A stretch of 60,265 nucleotides of DNA, filler included. It is 4 parts of 4 records of this genome, joined end to end, with 100 filler letters (N's around TTAATTAATTAA, not from the genome) between each part and the next. Parts side by side here need not be neighbours in the genome. Positions count along the whole stretch, not along the records: positions 36,171 to 60,265 come from DRR378314_2581; 3 more parts are not named here. The stretch is one strand, 5' to 3'. This document shows, one piece after another, positions 60,265 to 60,265 of this stretch. How positions within the stretch are numbered: position 1 is the stretch's first letter; the number at the start of each line of letters is the position of its first letter. A model generated the notes under the pieces. The model ran no database searches. It was not told the DNA's origin and saw only the letters and a list, made by a program, of their open reading frames with translations. The position numbers and the translations under genes were made by a program.

Positions 60265-60265
60265 A

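Noticed and set aside
1..60265. CRISPR arrays, tRNA/rRNA genes, IS elements, prophage or defence systems
   Set aside because: I saw no regularly spaced direct repeats, cloverleaf or rRNA signatures, or transposase, integrase or nuclease motifs. Intergenic spaces in the bacterial contigs are short and mostly accounted for.

Overview
The window is not one locus. It holds four unrelated contigs joined by artificial 100-nt spacers (N44-TTAATTAATTAA-N44). Contig 1 (1-20074) is GC-rich Rhodobacteraceae-like DNA carrying partial mnmA, the pyrH-frr-uppS-cdsA-dxr-rseP-bamA-skp-fabZ-lpxA-lpxI-lpxB envelope cluster, miaA, an AraC regulator and a Tat-exported peptide/nickel-family ABC importer. It also has a 42-aa membrane ORF that the ORF track misses. 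Contig 2 (20175-29629) is Flavobacteriaceae-like: AsmA-family protein, queuosine-precursor transporter, sppA, a FolK-deoxynucleoside kinase fusion, a TrmH-family methylase and partial mutS. Contig 3 (29730-36070) is eukaryotic. By hand splicing it contains two head-to-head, intron-rich genes the ORF track does not resolve: a CNOT3/Not5 subunit of CCR4-NOT (minus strand) and an N-myristoylated HID1/Ecm30-family protein (plus strand). Contig 4 (36171-60265) is a second Flavobacteriaceae-like contig: probable 6S RNA, rny, transglutaminase-like gene, HExxH lipoprotein, DUF349, aroE, tandem DUF368 genes, TPR protein, class-III aminotransferase, OstA-like protein with a SPOR-like tail, purA, fur, rel/spoT, M48 peptidase, TrmH, DUF3810, pepD and a CBS protein. 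I saw no CRISPR array, prophage, transposase, rRNA or tRNA. I found no clear-cut novel multi-gene system. The best leads are the protist gene pair, the OstA-SPOR fusion with its envelope neighbourhood, and the small ORF and small-RNA candidates. All family assignments come from recalled motifs, not database searches.
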